Notes: generated by a model not told the origin, from the letters alone. 64,000 bases of DNA from Eledone cirrhosa (GCA_964016885.1 OZ024742.1:14694001-14758000); one strand, 5' to 3'; positions 35,401 to 52,400 are shown, counted from the first letter of the stretch. Translations and numbers: made by a program.

Positions 35401-38272
35401 CAAATGTGTTAAGCTTTTCAGCGACACTTCGCTCAGCTGTTCGGGGGCAGTGGTGGGCCGGGTCGAGGGATGGACTTTAGTGTCTACCTCGACGGACTGC
35501 CGCGGCTCTCGGCCACTGAGGCGGAGTGTTGCGAAAAGCCGATAACAGCCGCTGAAGTACGGGAGGCAATGACTGGCTGCACAAGGGGTAAATCGCCTGG
35601 TTTGGATGGTATGCCCTATGAACTTTACGTACATATGCCAGACTTGTTCGGATGCCTCTTGGCGGACGTCTACTGCAACTGGCAACAGAACGGGAGGAAA
35701 GTTCATAGGGCAGACCATCCAAACCAGGCGATTTACCCCTTGTGCAGCCAGTCATTGCCTCCCGTACTTCAGCTGCTGTTATCGGCTTTTTGCAACACTC
35801 CGCCTCAGTGGCCGAGAGCCGCGGCCGTCATGTCAAGGTAGACACTAAAGTCCATCCCTCTATCCGGCCCGCCGCTACCCCCGAACAGCTGAGCGAAGTG
35901 TCGCTGAAAAGCTTCACACATTTTCCCGGGTTTAATAATAATAATAATTGTTTCTACTTTAGGCGCAAGGCCAGCAATTATCCAGTGCATTACTGGTACT
36001 TTATTTTATCGACCCCGTAAGGATGAAAGGCAAAGTAAACCTCGGCGGGATTTGAACTCAGACGTAACTATGCTGGAAAGCATAGCGTCCGACTCTCTAA
36101 CGATACTGCCAATCCACCACCGCGATTAATAATAATAATGATTTCATTTATTAGCCAATAGGGCTGACATGTAGGGGACAATACAAAGACAGGGACAGTG
36201 GGGGTTTACAATAAGGTCGAGTAAAAGTGCACAATGGCAAGACTAATTTAACAATGAAGATATAAAAATATAAAATAAACTATGCATAAATATAACAAAA
36301 TAAATTCCCCAATAAGTGGTGGACACATCGTAGAGAGGGTAGTTAGGGAACCTGGCACGGGTGGGTCCTTGATCAATTTAGATCAGTCGAAAGTTTTCGA
36401 TAGGGTCGACCATCGTTATCTGGCGGCAGTCCTGAGGGTGGCTGACTTTGGGCCCGTCTTCAGAGGCTGGATCGCTGCCATGCACAGCGACATCTGCTCT
36501 GTGGTGAGAGTGAACGGTCACCTTTCGGAACCGTTCAACATCATGCGCTCAGTCCGCCAAGGATGTCCCCTCTCGTCCCTCTTGTACGTATTGACTCTCG
36601 AGCCATTACTGCACAAACTGGAGACGTTGACGGGGCCGCGCGAACTAGGATGTGGAAGATCCGTGTCAGCATATGCGGACGATGTCACCATAGTGGTGTC
36701 GAACGCCAAACACATCGAGGTGATCGGCACTACACTAAGAGAATATGAAGCGGTGACAGGAGCAATGATCAACCAGGAAAAGTCGGTGGGCCTGCAGCTC
36801 GGCACCTGGAGAGGCAGGTCTATGCTGTCCAACAACGTCGTCGGGCGCTGGACGGATGGACCGGTTAAATTGCTAGGGGCCTGGTTCGGTCCGGACCTGC
36901 AGACGGACAAAAACTGGGACGAGGTGACGAGCAGGGTGTCTTCTCTCACCCAGAAATGGGCAGAGAGGAAGCTATCCCTAAAAGTTCGAGCGGAGGTGGC
37001 GAATGCGTACATCGCGTCCGTCATCTACTACCGCCTGACCGTCGTACCTTGTCCTAAGCCTCGCCTGACTGTGCTGGAGCGTTTGCTCTTTCGTTTTTTG
37101 TGGAAGGGACGCGCTCCGATGGTCAGGCGGTCCATCTGCTGTCAACACCCGCTACGTGGAGGGCTGGGCATGCCGTGACTGATGATGTGCAGACACGCGC
37201 TCAGGCTACGACATCTCCACCTCTTCCTCGACGGTGATTAGGTGTGGTCGCCGTTTGCTAGACGCATCTTTCCCCAGCTCGTCTCCTTGGCGGAGCTGCA
37301 GTCCTGGGTCAAGCGAAGACCGAGAGGGAGTGCTTGGAGACTGGAATGTCTTCAGGCCCTCACAACCCTCAACCAGTCGGGCAATGTGATTGGTGGAAAC
37401 ACCACCTTGGCGTTCTATGGAGGATTAGTGGAAGAGCGACGACGTACTTGGGGAAACTCTAGGCGTCGACGAAAATCAACTAGCCAATCTCTTCGGAAGA
37501 ATTTCGGGCCGGGGCCTATGGACAACTTCCAGAAATCCCTGGCCTGGCAGTGCTACCGCGGAGCTTTGCCAGTTCGGGATAAACTCTACAGGCATGGAAG
37601 TGCTGTCCGCCGGGCATATCCGAGATGCACACAGAGCGACGAAACCATCCTGCACGCACTTGTCCAGTGTCCGAGCATTGCTGACTTGTGGGTTTATGTC
37701 GAACACCTGCTGTCGCGTGTGGGACGGATCCGGCTATCAGCTGAGTCCATCGTGAGGATTGCCCCGCCCTCTTCCTTTATCCGGGAAGGGCAGGCAGTTT
37801 TTATCTGTCTGGTGGCCATGGCGAAAGGGATAGTATGTTGGACGCGTCTGAAAGGGCTGAAGATGAGCACTTACCTCTTCGGTGATGCCCTGATTAACTT
37901 TTTCAAATTTCATTTGAAAAGGAAAATCAGGGTAGAGAGGGAAGTGCTCTCTTCCCAGCTTTTTGTTAAAAGATGGGTGAGAGAGGCAAGAATAGCCCGA
38001 GTATGTGCCTGTAAATTGAAGGTGGAAAACTGGGAGAGGGCACTTGCCCTGGTGGTCAGGTTCACCGTGGCTTTTTTTAATGGGCTTTCTCCCCGATGGC
38101 CCTCGGAAGTCTCCCCCTATTGGGGAATTTTTCATTGTTCCTTTTTTGTTACATCCTCTGTTTTTGTTTTTTTAAACACGCAGAAATGCCTATTTATACC
38201 GTCCTGTATTGTCCTGTACTGTCCTTAATGTCTTACTTTGTGTAAACCCTTTTGGTTAATAAAGAAAGCATT
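31858..38272 (+). mobile_element. Near full-length Tx1/L1-clade element: 5' UTR, ORF1 (32075 to about 34005, frameshift at poly-C), ORF2 pseudogene (34228-38228)
   Basis: ORF1 zinc knuckle CFRCGLKTHLRAFC; APE and RT motifs; ATT repeats on both flanks; the 5' end recurs at 63902-64000. Confidence 0.93.
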
Positions 38273-38993
38273 ATTATTGTTATTTTGCTAAACTGCTATA
38301 TTTAGCTTTTGTTGATCTAGAAAAGGCCTTTGACAGTACCTCACTCTATTATCTGGTGGCCCTTAAGGAAATTAGGCATAGAAGAATGACTTGTTACAGC
38401 AGTGTAAGGCATTTACAGAGGAGCTGTCAGTAAAGTGAGAGTAGGAAATGAGTTTAGTGAGGAATTCAAGTTACATGTAGGAGTTCATCCAGGTTGGGTA
38501 GCCCACTACCATTGATTATAGTTCTCCAGGCCATAACAGAGGAGTTTAAACATGGCTGCCCTTGAGAACTTCTCTCTGCAGATGATTAGGGACTTACAGC
38601 TGAATCCATAAAAGAACTAGAATAAGTTCCGACTATGGAAACAGAATTTGGTGTCAAAAGGTCTGAGAGTAAACTTAGCCAAAACTAAAGTGCTAGTAAG
38701 TAGAAGAGAAGATAGGACTTATTCCAACTCCCCCTGTTTATTCCACCTCACCCACTATTATTTGGGAGCTCAGAGTATATATATATATATATAACGAAGG
38801 AGTTGTGGTACGGAACCAGATGGACCATAATGCACCAGAGTACTCAATACTTAGGGTAGTAGAGTGGGTAATAGGAAAATGTATGACCCCGACGGCAGAG
38901 CTAAATCCGTCAACGGCTATTTCAGTCCAGAAATAGCCATCAAAATGGCTTGAGCTCTGCCATCGGGGTCATACATTTTCATATATATATATA

Positions 38994-40576
<1,583 letters not shown>

Positions 40577-41273
40577 GATATATATATATATATAGATATA
40601 GATATATATATATAGAGAGAGATATATTGGATATAGATATATAAATACGGCTCCTTAATTGTAGAGCTAACTCTGTTGAAAGGAATCGACTGCTGTTTCT
40701 AGTTGTCGATAACCCTATTCACGCCACTGAGACGAAGCTACTATGATGTGTAAATACAACACGTGGTAATAGCCAGCTGAAGATTTGAACTTGTAGTGTA
40801 AACATGGATTGTTGGAAATTTTCTTCCTTGTTGAAAATCCAAAATATCCACTTCCGTGGTTTACCATCTGATTAATTGGTGAAATATATTTCTTTAATGG
40901 AATATATAGAGGGAAGATTAATCATATTATGAGATATCTATTTTTGAAGTTCTAGTCAACTTTATTTAGTTACCTACCTAGCTATGTGTGGTCACACACT
41001 TGTAAAAATTATCTCCTGTGATTATTCATGGTTATATATATGTTAATCAATTTCTAGTTATTATATATATATATGTGTGTGTGAAAAGAGTCAGGACCCC
41101 GACAGTTGTGCTCCGGCCGTTTCGACAGCTAGATCCGAACTAACCCAGCTGGGTTAGTTTAGATCTAGCTCAGCCGTCGGGGTCCTGACTCTTTGCCTAC
41201 TACCCACTCTACTTTAAGTATCGAGTACTCTGGTGCGTGATAGTCCACCAGGTTCCTTACCACACTTTCTTTG

Positions 41274-41381
<108 letters not shown>

Positions 41382-41416
41382 ATATATAAATATATATGTA
41401 TATATATATTTATATA

Positions 41417-42712
41417 CAGGGTGTGGACGATATTTGTTCGCAATTTTCAACTGCTAATTTTATGCAAATTATTTTTACTTCCGTTGTCACTCTTGTCTTC
41501 ATAAAAACAGTGACTATATTTCCATTATTTATTTTCAGAATAATTGATTATGAGTAATTTTGAACCTCCAAATTTGTGGAAGAGACACGGAGTTCTTCTT
41601 GGAATCCGTGCCGGGAAGACAAATAAAGAAATTTCAGACTTTCTCAGTGTCAGCAGGAGAATGGTGGAAAAGGTCAGAAGGGAATTGGAAGATTCAGGAT
41701 TCGACTACGAAGCAACATCAGAGAGGAAAACACATGATCAACGATCTGACGCCTTCAGAACGCCCGAGTTCGTTGCTGAAGTTCAGGATATCATCAACAA
41801 TGAACCTAGCAAGTCGATGCATGCCATTGCAAGGGAGAAAGGCATGGATGAAAAGCTCATTAGGCTGGTGGTACATGAAGACATTCGCTACGTTTCATAC
41901 AAGATGAGGAAAAGACAAATTCTTTCAAAGGCGATGCAAGAAAAGCGACTGAAGCACGTAAAGAAGCTGATCAACAAGTTGAAACACCCACTGGAGCCAG
42001 ACATGCTGTTATTTTTTTCCGACGAGAAAAACTTCTGCTAAACCAGAAGATCAACTCCCAGAACAACAGGTGGCTCGCTGTCTCATCCAAAGACGTGCCC
42101 AGAGTCATGCAGACAAAGTTTCCAGCGACAACATTGGTCTTAGTTGTCGTCAGCAGTCAAGGTGACGTCATGCCACCTCACTTCTTCCCTGAGGGCCTCA
42201 AGCTGAACACCGATGGCTACATCCGCGTTCTGAGCGAGGTAGTAAAGCCCTGGATCGACCAGTTAGCTCCAGGTAGGCCGTACGTGTGGCAGCTAGACTC
42301 AGCGCCCTGCCATACCAGCCGAAAGAACCCAAGCCTGGCTGTCAGAGAACTTTGTTGACCACACTTCACCTGACGTCTGGCCTCCCAGCTCGCCTGACTG
42401 CAACTCCCTCGACTTCTTTGTGTGGGGCGCAGTGGAACAAGACACCAACAGACCTAGCTGCAATACGAAAGACGATCTGAAGGCCAGGATCACAATTGCC
42501 TTTAGGGGCCTAAGTCGGGGGACAGTGACAAAGGCCTGTAGCCGGATCCGAGGCCGTCATCAAAGCCAATGGCGGGTTTATCGAGTGAGATCGAAAGAAC
42601 AAGTGATGAAGACAAACTGATCCAAATTTGATAAATATATCTTAAAAATAAAACTACTGTGTTACTTTTTCCTAGTTACTGTTTCTTGCGAACAAATATC
42701 GTCTGCACCCTG
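41417..42712 (+). mobile_element. maT (DD37D) element, second copy
   Basis: Duplicate of 8213-9509; retains WQLDSAPCH. Confidence 0.9.
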
Positions 42713-42950
42713 TATATATATATATATATATATATATGTATGAATGAAGTAATTCCGTCGGAAAAGTCCAGGAGAAAAGAGTGCTCTATGTAGGTAACAG
42801 AGCTTAATAGTTATGTAATAAACAACACAAGGCAATTATTCCATTTACCAGTGGTTTCTTAAAAGCAAAAAGTTTTGCTTTCAATCATCAGAATATATAT
42901 ATATAATGACTGTTACATATAGTATCATTTATCATATTTTCTTCTTACAG

Positions 42951-42993
42951 GAGAAGCACACTAATTTTAGGGCGCCAACCTACTTGCTGTCAG
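42951..42993 (+). CDS. Exon 3 (43 nt) of the complete gene copy: (L)RSTLILGRQPTCCQ
   Basis: Acceptor ttttcttcttacag, donor CAG/gtaaaa; in frame with exon 2; supplies the terminal CC. Confidence 0.75.
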
Positions 42994-43070
42994 GTAAAAT
43001 AATAAAACATTTTGTTTTCTGTGTCTTCTGCTTTGGGTTTCATCCATCTCAATGAAGTAGTAGTAGTAGC

Positions 43071-43109
<39 letters not shown>

Positions 43110-43110
43110 T

Positions 43111-43147
<37 letters not shown>

Positions 43148-44910
43148 CTTTAGTATGGTGTCTAAAGTAACACAATATCAAACCTCTACCAATTCTACCA
43201 AGACAACATACTAGTAAAATACAACAATGTACTGTTACAATAATTTTATTTATATACCTTCCAAATTATAAATGTTATTGATCGCAGTTTTTGTTGTTGC
43301 TGTCACATGTTATAAGCAAATTTTTGTTTGAGGTGAAACTGGACCAACATTTAGCAAATTCACACAGACTTACAAGAAACTGGACCAACAGACTTACAAG
43401 AAACTGGGCCAACATTTAGCAAATTCACACAGACTTACAAGAAACTGGACCAACAGACTTACAAGAAACTGGGCCAACATTTAGCAAATTCACACAGACT
43501 TACAAGATACTGGGCCAACATTTAGCAAACTCTCCCAGATTTACATGAAGTAGCTTCTCTTGTTGGTCTCCATCTTAATAAAGGTAAAACTGAGTACATC
43601 TCAAATTTATCTGCTCAAACCACCCACAAAGCACAAGGTGGAAGTGAAATTAAAAAAGTTAAAGATTTTAGGTATCCTGGTTCTTGGGTCCTGAACTCTG
43701 GAAAAGATTTAAATACCAGAAACACCCAGGTGTGGTTAGTCATGCTTGACAGAATCTGGCTCTGTTTCTATCTATCAAATTCCTCCAAAATAAGAATCTT
43801 CCAAGTTACTATAGAACCAATTCTACTTTATTGTAACTTGGACACTTACTATCAAACAACAAAAGTTCCTCAATGGAGTATATACATCCTTGTTGTGTCA
43901 GGCTGAAAACATAAACTGGAAGCAATATAAGACTCTAGCAGAGTTATATAATAGTCTTCCTCAAATTTATAATTTTGTGTAAAAGAAGAAGGTGAGGTTT
44001 GTTAGCCATTGCCATCACACTTCACATGAAGCTGTGTCTCCTTTAGTACTTTAGGAACAAACATCTGTCAAAACCCAAAGAGGTTGTAAGCTTATCCCAG
44101 TGGAAGGAAGCCACAATAGAGGATGACTGAGAAAGACCTGCGCAGAGGTTGTGAGAGTAGACCTCAAATTACTAAGACTGGCAGAGGAGATGACGAAGGA
44201 ATAAAACAAGTGGAGAGATGCTGTGCTGTGAAGGACTCATCCAACTCTTGCAAGCATGGAAAAGTGGACATAAAAACTATGATGATGATGATGATGATGA
44301 TGATGTCATAGCCAGAAACTCTGGTATTGATGACCAGGATCTAGGCAATGTAATGGGCAATAGGTTTATGTAAGGTGTGGGGATGTATCATTAAGTCTGT
44401 TTTACTTGAAGTCACAAAATAATGATGTTGTTTAGTGGACCAATGAATTATTAACCAGTAGGTTTAGTTAGTAGTTTGTGGTGACAGACAATCAGCAAGA
44501 TAACAATCAGCTTAGAACAATTTAACCAGTGTATATATATATATATAGTGAAGGTGTGTGGCTTACTGGTTAGAGAATTGGATTCACAATTGTGAGGTTG
44601 CAGGTTTAATACCAGGACTGGGGAATGTGTTATGTCCTTGAACAAGACACTTTATTTCACATTGTTCTTCCTGCCAGGAGTTGTGACTGGTAGATAGTAT
44701 CTATAACAGAAAGACCAATGGAAACATTGTTTCCTTGGTCCAATTTGATGAGTTTCACCCCATTTAATAAGTGATTGAGGTTAGATCTTGTCAATAGTGA
44801 ACACATTTCAAATTTTTAAATTTGCCAATCTTCTTATGTCAACCACTTTGTTTAATCATCAAAAGTGTATCTAATAAAATTACTGATTCCATTTTCTTTT
44901 TTTATTTCAG

Positions 44911-45095
44911 ATTTAGTTTTCACAGTTCCACAAAGATCTGAAAATCCGGTTTCCAAATGCCTTTGCCACCCACAAAATGTCTTCAGAGCGTCTAATAAAA
45001 GCTATGCCATTTTTCCTGAATTTCAAAGAATGATGTTTTTTTCTTCTTTTTCTATTAACAACATGTAATTCAATAAAATAAAATGTTAACATTAT
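44911..45095 (+). CDS. Terminal exon 4 of the complete gene copy (ATT TAG at 44911-44916, then 3' UTR)
   Basis: Strong acceptor attttctttttttatttcag; AATAAA at 45072. The 3' end is approximate. Confidence 0.65.
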
Positions 45096-46320
45096 TTTCT
45101 CTCCATAATTATTATTATTTGTTGTAGCATATGGCCTAGTGGTAAGTGTGTTAGACTTATGATGATAATACCAATGGTTAGATTCCTGTGCTGGGTTGTG
45201 CGTTGTGTTCTTGAGCAGCATACTTCATTTCACATTGTTCCAGTATACTCAGCTGAAAATGAGTACTGTCCATAGCTGGGGGTTTAACCTTGTGATCGAA
45301 TGGCATCCTTTCAAGGGGGAGTCTTGTATCCTCAGTCACTTAACACCATGGAAACCAAGGTAAGCACCTAATGAACCTCCAGGTTTGGGACATCCTTGTG
45401 TGGCTAATAAAGGAATCAATGTTGTTGTTGTTGAAACAACTACAGGAGAGTACTTAGCTAAGAGAAAGCCACTGCATCTAGCATTTGTAGATTTGGAGAA
45501 GGCCTTTGACAGGGTCCCATGCTCTGTAATCTGGTGGGCACTTAGGACAGTAAATGTAGATGAATGTCTTGTGAGGGCTGTGCAGGTGATGTATAAAGGA
45601 TTAATCAACAAAGTGAGAGATGACAATGAGTACAGTGATGAATTTGATGTACAATTGGTGGTACACGAGGGCTCAGTCCTCAATCCACTCCTGTTTCTCA
45701 TTGTCCTTCACACCATCACTGAGGAGTTTAAAACTGGAACTCCATAGAAACACCTGAGTACTGATGACTAGTCCTTACATCTGAATATATGGGAGAGTTA
45801 GTGGCAAAACTTCAAGCATGGAAGAAGAACTAAGAGCTGATACTTAGTAAAGATAAAAGTTTTAATAAGTAGCAAAGAGGAGAGTAATACCATGAGGGAA
45901 TTGGCTGTGTTTAATATGTCAGAAAGTGGTGGGCAGAAATTCCATAAGGTGTACACTGTAATTTATGGAGGCACATTAGATGTAGTGGAATTACAGGTAG
46001 ACTAATGGAAAAGATAGATTTTATAAAATCTTTCTAAATCTTTTCCTGCCTCAGTCTATCTTCCAATGAAGGACCAACGTTTGAAACGTTAAGACTCTTT
46101 CTCTATGTTTAACATCCTTTTCCACACTATAATTGGTTAGACTTTGCCTTTCAGTCATACGGGGATCGATAAAATAAAGTACCAGTAACACACTGGAGTC
46201 AATTTAATCGACTTTCACCGACCCCATCACCACAAATTGTTGGCCTTGTACCTGAACCAGAAACCATTATTGACAACTTATATAGCAATAGTTGACAAGA
46301 ACTATATACGTGTTGTATTT

Positions 46321-46492
46321 TCATTGGTTAATGTGTAACACTTCCAAGAGTCTCCAGCTATAAGTTATATCATCCAACCCAACAGAGAAATATTAAACAA
46401 TCTGTAAAACTTGAAAACTAACTGTGATAAAATTGTGACATTTTCTCCACTAAACACCATCAACTCTACTTTGACTCTTTTACTCAGTAAGT
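46321..46492 (+). promoter_or_regulatory. Distal promoter and exon 1a of the third gene copy (TATAAG 46359, donor 46487)
   Basis: Duplicate of 13095-13266. Confidence 0.5.
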
Positions 46493-49400
46493 TGACTTCT
46501 TTCCATCATATTTCTTCACCTTGGAATTTATATATTTATTTATCTACTTATTCATTTATGTAAAATGAAATACACACAAACACTTTTATGCGCACTGTAT
46601 ACACATACACTGCACATACATATATGTATGTATGTATGCATGCCGGATCACTCTTGAGTGTTACTGGTAACATGTAACCCAGTACAACCTGTCGCATGGT
46701 CGGGTCGTCGACTAAACCGGCAACCCCACCAAGTTTACTTGGTGAGGAGCGTGATTTTGGACACCCTGCAGGACAAAAAGCAAAACCTGACAAAGGGCGG
46801 AAGAACTCATAAGAGTCAACGGCCATCCAAAAGTGTGTAAATATGTATATACGCATGTACATATGTATGTATATGTGTATATACATGGGTACATGTGTAT
46901 GTATATGCGCAGGGACATAGAAATAGTCGGACTGGACACCCGATCATGTGGTTAAACAACTGAGAGTGAAGGACTCCTAGCCTTTGTCAGGGCATTCTTC
47001 TAGGAGAAGGCAACTCAGGAAACTGGGATAACTCCGATATAAAACCTGCGGCTCAGTAGTTACCGATGATGTTGATCTTTTCTTCTTTTCGAGTTATAGC
47101 TACTGTCGCTCAGAGAGTGGGATTGGCTCAGTGCACAGTCTTTCCTCACTTTAAAAAAATTTTCACGCACAGGCATTGCATGATAGAATTAACTAATAAT
47201 TATTAATAATGGTATATTGTGCAATGGCCATACTCGATAACGAGGGCGCAGCCGTCACATCATGTATGTATGTATGTATGTATGTATGTATGTATGTATG
47301 TATGTATGTTATCTCTTTCTCTTAATTTTGAGTACATTTTTGACCGGCCACCTTCTTGGTGGAAAGGTTGTAAAAGAAAAAAATGGTCATCCCTTGAATC
47401 ACAAGAATTTTTTGCAAATTTTGAAGGTGCCAGCTATTGTAGCCATTTGTAGTCTATAAATTAGGGAGCTGCGCTCCTTGTCCACAAATCTAAGTTCAGT
47501 TATACTTTGGTCCAAGTGAGTTGGTATATAACCCGTAGCTCCAATAATGATGGGTATGAAGCTGAAGGTGTATGTTGAATACTGGATCTGCAAACTCCTC
47601 ATCAATGGTCCGTAGATGTCCTCCTTCTCTTGTATTTTTCTTACAATGTTGACATCAAGTGGGCAGCTGATCTCTACAAGAGAGCACGTTTTCACTGTGT
47701 CATTCCAAATAACAATATCGGGCCGGTTGTGTAGCAAGATCTGTGCACGCCTTGAACCTTGGATGACACCTAGAGGTCAAACTCTAGGTCACCACCCTTT
47801 TGGTGTGAACAGATTCATGCGTGTGCTATCCCCTCAAGGTGGGAGACCGAAAGTGACAGGTATATAAAGCCTATATTTTCCCACCTTACATACAGAGAAA
47901 TCGGATCATTACAACAAGCTATGTAAAGATTCACCGCTACCTTCAGACCCCAGAGATCTACAGACATACAGAGAGATCGGAGCACTACGATACAGACCAG
48001 CTATGTAAGGATTCACTGCTATCTACAGGCCACAGTGGTCTACAGTCAATTACAGACCATTACTTTCTCTCTCTCCTGGTCGCAGACTAAACCAGACTCA
48101 CGACAAGAACTACTACCACAGACTGCAAACACCAACAAACTTTATCTGGTCGCTCGCTGTTTTCACATCAACAACAAAATAACATTGTCAACCTTTGCAA
48201 CTCGTGGTAACTTGATTATTGTTCTTTTTGACTCATGTTTATTCTTCTTTTTGAAACAAGTGAAGTAAACCTTTATGTATAAACTAAATCTTTATTCTTG
48301 TTATTACATCCAACAAAATTGTTGATCCATCTAACTAAATCTTACTTATACCCTTCGTTAAAGTTGTGCTTTAATTTGGTGGCAGTCTTTATTGTCAGGT
48401 TCCACCAGTATTCTTTAGTGCTTTAGCAGTAGTTTATAATAATAGATATCACCAAGACTCACGTCAAGTCACCATTTTAGCAGAAATATATAATAATGAT
48501 GGGAATATCAACACGGATAAATATGATGAATGTATGTTTATTTGTCGTAGTGAGAAAGAGACAAAGTTATCCACAAAGTAAATGTTTGTTGAATTGGATA
48601 GTTAAAGTTAACAATGTAAAGGTTATAAAAAGAATGTGGCATTGCGCCAGGCCCAAGGAAGGCCGACAGGCCAAAGTGCAAATCTCACCGTTACATTATC
48701 GCGTGTTTATTTCTCAGAGTCCAAAGCAGCAAGAGAGAGATGTCTGAATCGACGCGGGAATTTTTCTCTCAGGGCGTGTCGAGATACATTCTCCTATGCT
48801 GGCGGCGATTGGCTGAACTGTGCCAAACAACGCACGGAGAATGTATCTATGAGCCCTCGGAATGTAGGTCACTACAATACCCCCTTCCTAGTCGCAAGAC
48901 GATATATAAAATTGAATCAGCAGGAAAAATGCTGAAAGAGAGCACATCAATGAAAAGATTGAACAAAAGAATGCATGCAAGAAGAAAAATGAGGTGCTAA
49001 GGGCTGTGTTGAGCCACTGTGTCAAATGACTAACTGTTTTGCTATTTATACGTAACCATCAGGCTCTATCAGAAAATGGATAAAGTCTGACATGGGCAAA
49101 GTTGCTGTTCTTGCATTAAACGTTAGCTGTTATGGTAAGTGTTGTACCGGAGCTGTTGTCAATGATGGCGCTGTTATGGTAAATGTTGTAGCAGAGCTGG
49201 CAAGAAGATGATTGGTAGGTGAGAAATTGTCGGCCTCCCAGATGAATTGCCGGAAGTGCTAGGCAGCCAGTAAAAAATGGCAAGTTGCTTTGAAAAGAAA
49301 AAAAGCAAGTTGAATCTGTAGGTGGGTAGTAGTTGAAGCGGTAATTCCATAATTCTGACAAATCCATAGGAGAAATGGTGGATATGCTGACAGGTCCAGT

Positions 49401-52400
49401 TCCATTTGTTGTTTTCCCAGTGAGTCGGGTAAAGTAACAAGATGGAGGTTGTTATGCTATAGGACGATGAGTGTGCAACGAGATGCGAAACTGTTTGAAT
49501 CCAGCTGCAATTAACATTCTCGTGTTGCGGTGCAGGTGAATTAAGCTACAAGTGTCGACAGCATGTTTTGGAATCTCCACCAGGTGAAAAGGGATCTCGC
49601 AGAATATTACGACGTTTGAAGATCATATACTATAGACAACAACATGTTGGTGTGTGACAAAGAAATGTGTGTGCATATGCAGGCATGTAATACAGCAAAG
49701 AAAATGTGTGTGTGCACTCATATATACAATGATAGAGTAAAAAAATGAATTTTCATATTATACAGTTTAAAAGAAATAAATGTCCAAACATTGCCTGTAA
49801 AAAAAGAAAGAAAGAATTGTTTTTTAAGTGGTTGTTGTCTCTCGCAGCCTTTTAAAGTTGTTCCAAGGGAAACAACTCGTTCAGAGCTTGAAGATCCAAA
49901 AAGAAGGGTGCGCAACATTTTTTTTTACAGAGATTTCAGCCAAGATGTGTTGGTCAGTGTTGAAAAAAAAAAACAGTTGAGCGCTGTGATCTGAGTAAGT
50001 CCAGAAGAGCGGTTGTTGATCTGAGTGAGTTCAGATAAGTTTGTTTTAAGTAGCTGATCGCAGAATGAATGTGCATAAAAATGCCCAGCAAGTGACGCCA
50101 ATTTACGACGCAAGGTGTCGCAATTCTTTTTTACCGGCATTAATAAAGTAGCTCGTGGTCGAAATATTCTTTGAGATGAATAGCAATGAGTGTGTTGGTA
50201 AAATCCGCCGCGCGGCAAAATGACGAAACGAAGAAGACAAGATGGCTGCTCAAAAATGAAAGAGGAAGGCAGCAGTCGCTATATTGGTTGTTGGTCTTAA
50301 ACAAAAGCTTGGTTGAACAAGAAATTTTCAGAGAAAGAAATATCATGTTAAAAAATGAAAGAGTCCAATTTAATGAATGGTTCGTAGTAAGATGTAGCGA
50401 AAGTGTAAACAGCCAAGTGAGAAGCATTTGAACGTTGTCACCACGTGAGGTGGGAATAGAAATTTTTGTGTTCGTTTTGTTCCAACGGAGAAGTTGCCAC
50501 ATAGTTATTCTGTTGTTATGGTTAGTGGTTAACCAATGTTGTCGCTGCTGGTGCTGTTGTTGGTAGAGGAGGACTTGGCGATAGCCATCTTGAAACTAAT
50601 TTCCTCGTGTTGAAATTTTTTTTTTTTTTTTAATACTGCTAATTTTTTTTTATTTTAAAGGAATATTTTGTACTTAAAATATTCCTCCATCGGGGGTCAC
50701 CATTTTTAGCAGTAGTTTATAATAATAGATATCACCAAGACTCACGTCAAGTCACCATTTTAGTAGAAAGATATAATAATTGTTTCTACTATTGGCACAA
50801 GGCCAGCAATTACCCAGTACATTACTGGTACTTTATTTTATCGACCCCGTAAGGATGAAAGGCAAAGTTAACCTTTGGCAGAAAGATATAATAATGATGG
50901 GAATATCAACACGGATAAATATGATGAATGTATGTTTATTTGTCATAGTGAGAAAGAGACAAAGTTATCCACAAAGTAAATGTTTGTTGAATTGGATAGT
51001 TAAAGTTAACAATGTAAAGGTTATAAAAAGAATGTGGCATTGCGCCAGGCCCAAGGAAGGCCGACAGGCCAAAGTGCAAATCTCACCGTTACATTATCGC
51101 GTGTTTATTTTTCAGAGTCCAAAGCAGCAAGAGAGAGATGTCTGAATCGACGCGGGAATTTTTCTCTCAGGGCGTGTCGAGACACATTCTCCTACGCTGG
51201 CGGCGATTGGCTGAACTGTGCCAAACAATGCACGGAGAATGTATCTATGAACCCTCGGAATGTAGGTCACTACAGTGCCATCTATCTCAATATATACCTC
51301 CTCATTTGTTTCTAATTTTGTTTTCCTAAGTGTGTTCCAGATGGTTGTAGCTGTCACATCGTGTCTCATAGGGAGGTAGTAATGAGACGGCATTCTTTCG
51401 CAGTTGGCAACAATGTGGCTAACATCTTCAATCATTATTTTACAAAGCCGAGGTTGACTTTGCCTTTCATCCTTACGGGGTCGATAAAATAAAGTACCAG
51501 TAATGCACTGGGTAATTGCTGGCCTTCTGCCTAAAGTAGAAACAATTATTTTACAAAGCCTACATTTATTGTCGACTGATGGCCCTCCTCTTTTGTGTAG
51601 CAGATATTTGGTTAGGATTTCTTGTTCCTGTATTGCATAGAGATATCCTTCAAGGTGGGATGTCATAAACTTATCAGAACACCATGCCAGGCTTTTTGAA
51701 TGATTTATCCCCTCTATGGTCTGTGTTTTTCATCTCAGGTACCCATGCACAACTTTCTCTGTAAATTGCTCCATTTGTTTCATCTAGTTTGAATATTGAA
51801 TAGGATTTTCCAATTTTCCTGGGAGAGAGATTTATTTCAGGCCTTATTCCATATCTCTCCTCCAAATCAGTGGTTATCCTAATGATATTATTTCCTTCGT
51901 GCTCATAGACCTGGGCAAGATGGTTGCTGACCATTTTCTTCTGAAGATGTTAAGAAGTAAGGAAATAAAATGTACGTTAGTGACACTGAAGTCCTTGAAT
52001 GCAGTTGGTCTACCAGTATAGAGTCTCTCATATTTCAACATTGATTAAGATGGAGTGGTCATGTAGTGAGAATGGATGATGATCACATCCCTAGGCAGTT
52101 CCTGATGGTAAACGACAGGTACACAAACCAAAATTGAGGTACAGGGATTGCAGCAAAAGCACTCTGAGGAAGATGAAAATATTGGAGAATGACTGGGAGA
52201 ACCTCGCTCTCGATAGACTTTCCTGCAGGAAGCCAGTGCATGATGGGAGGAGAGAATTTGGAAGAAACCGTGTTGAGCATGAACAGCTCAAGTGGTGTGC
52301 TCATAAGAGCCTTGAGTCTAGTTTGTCAAAGTATCTTGATTTAACCTGTAAAGAATGTGGCTGGTTATGTCTAAGTAGGGCGGGCCTTGACAGTCATCAG

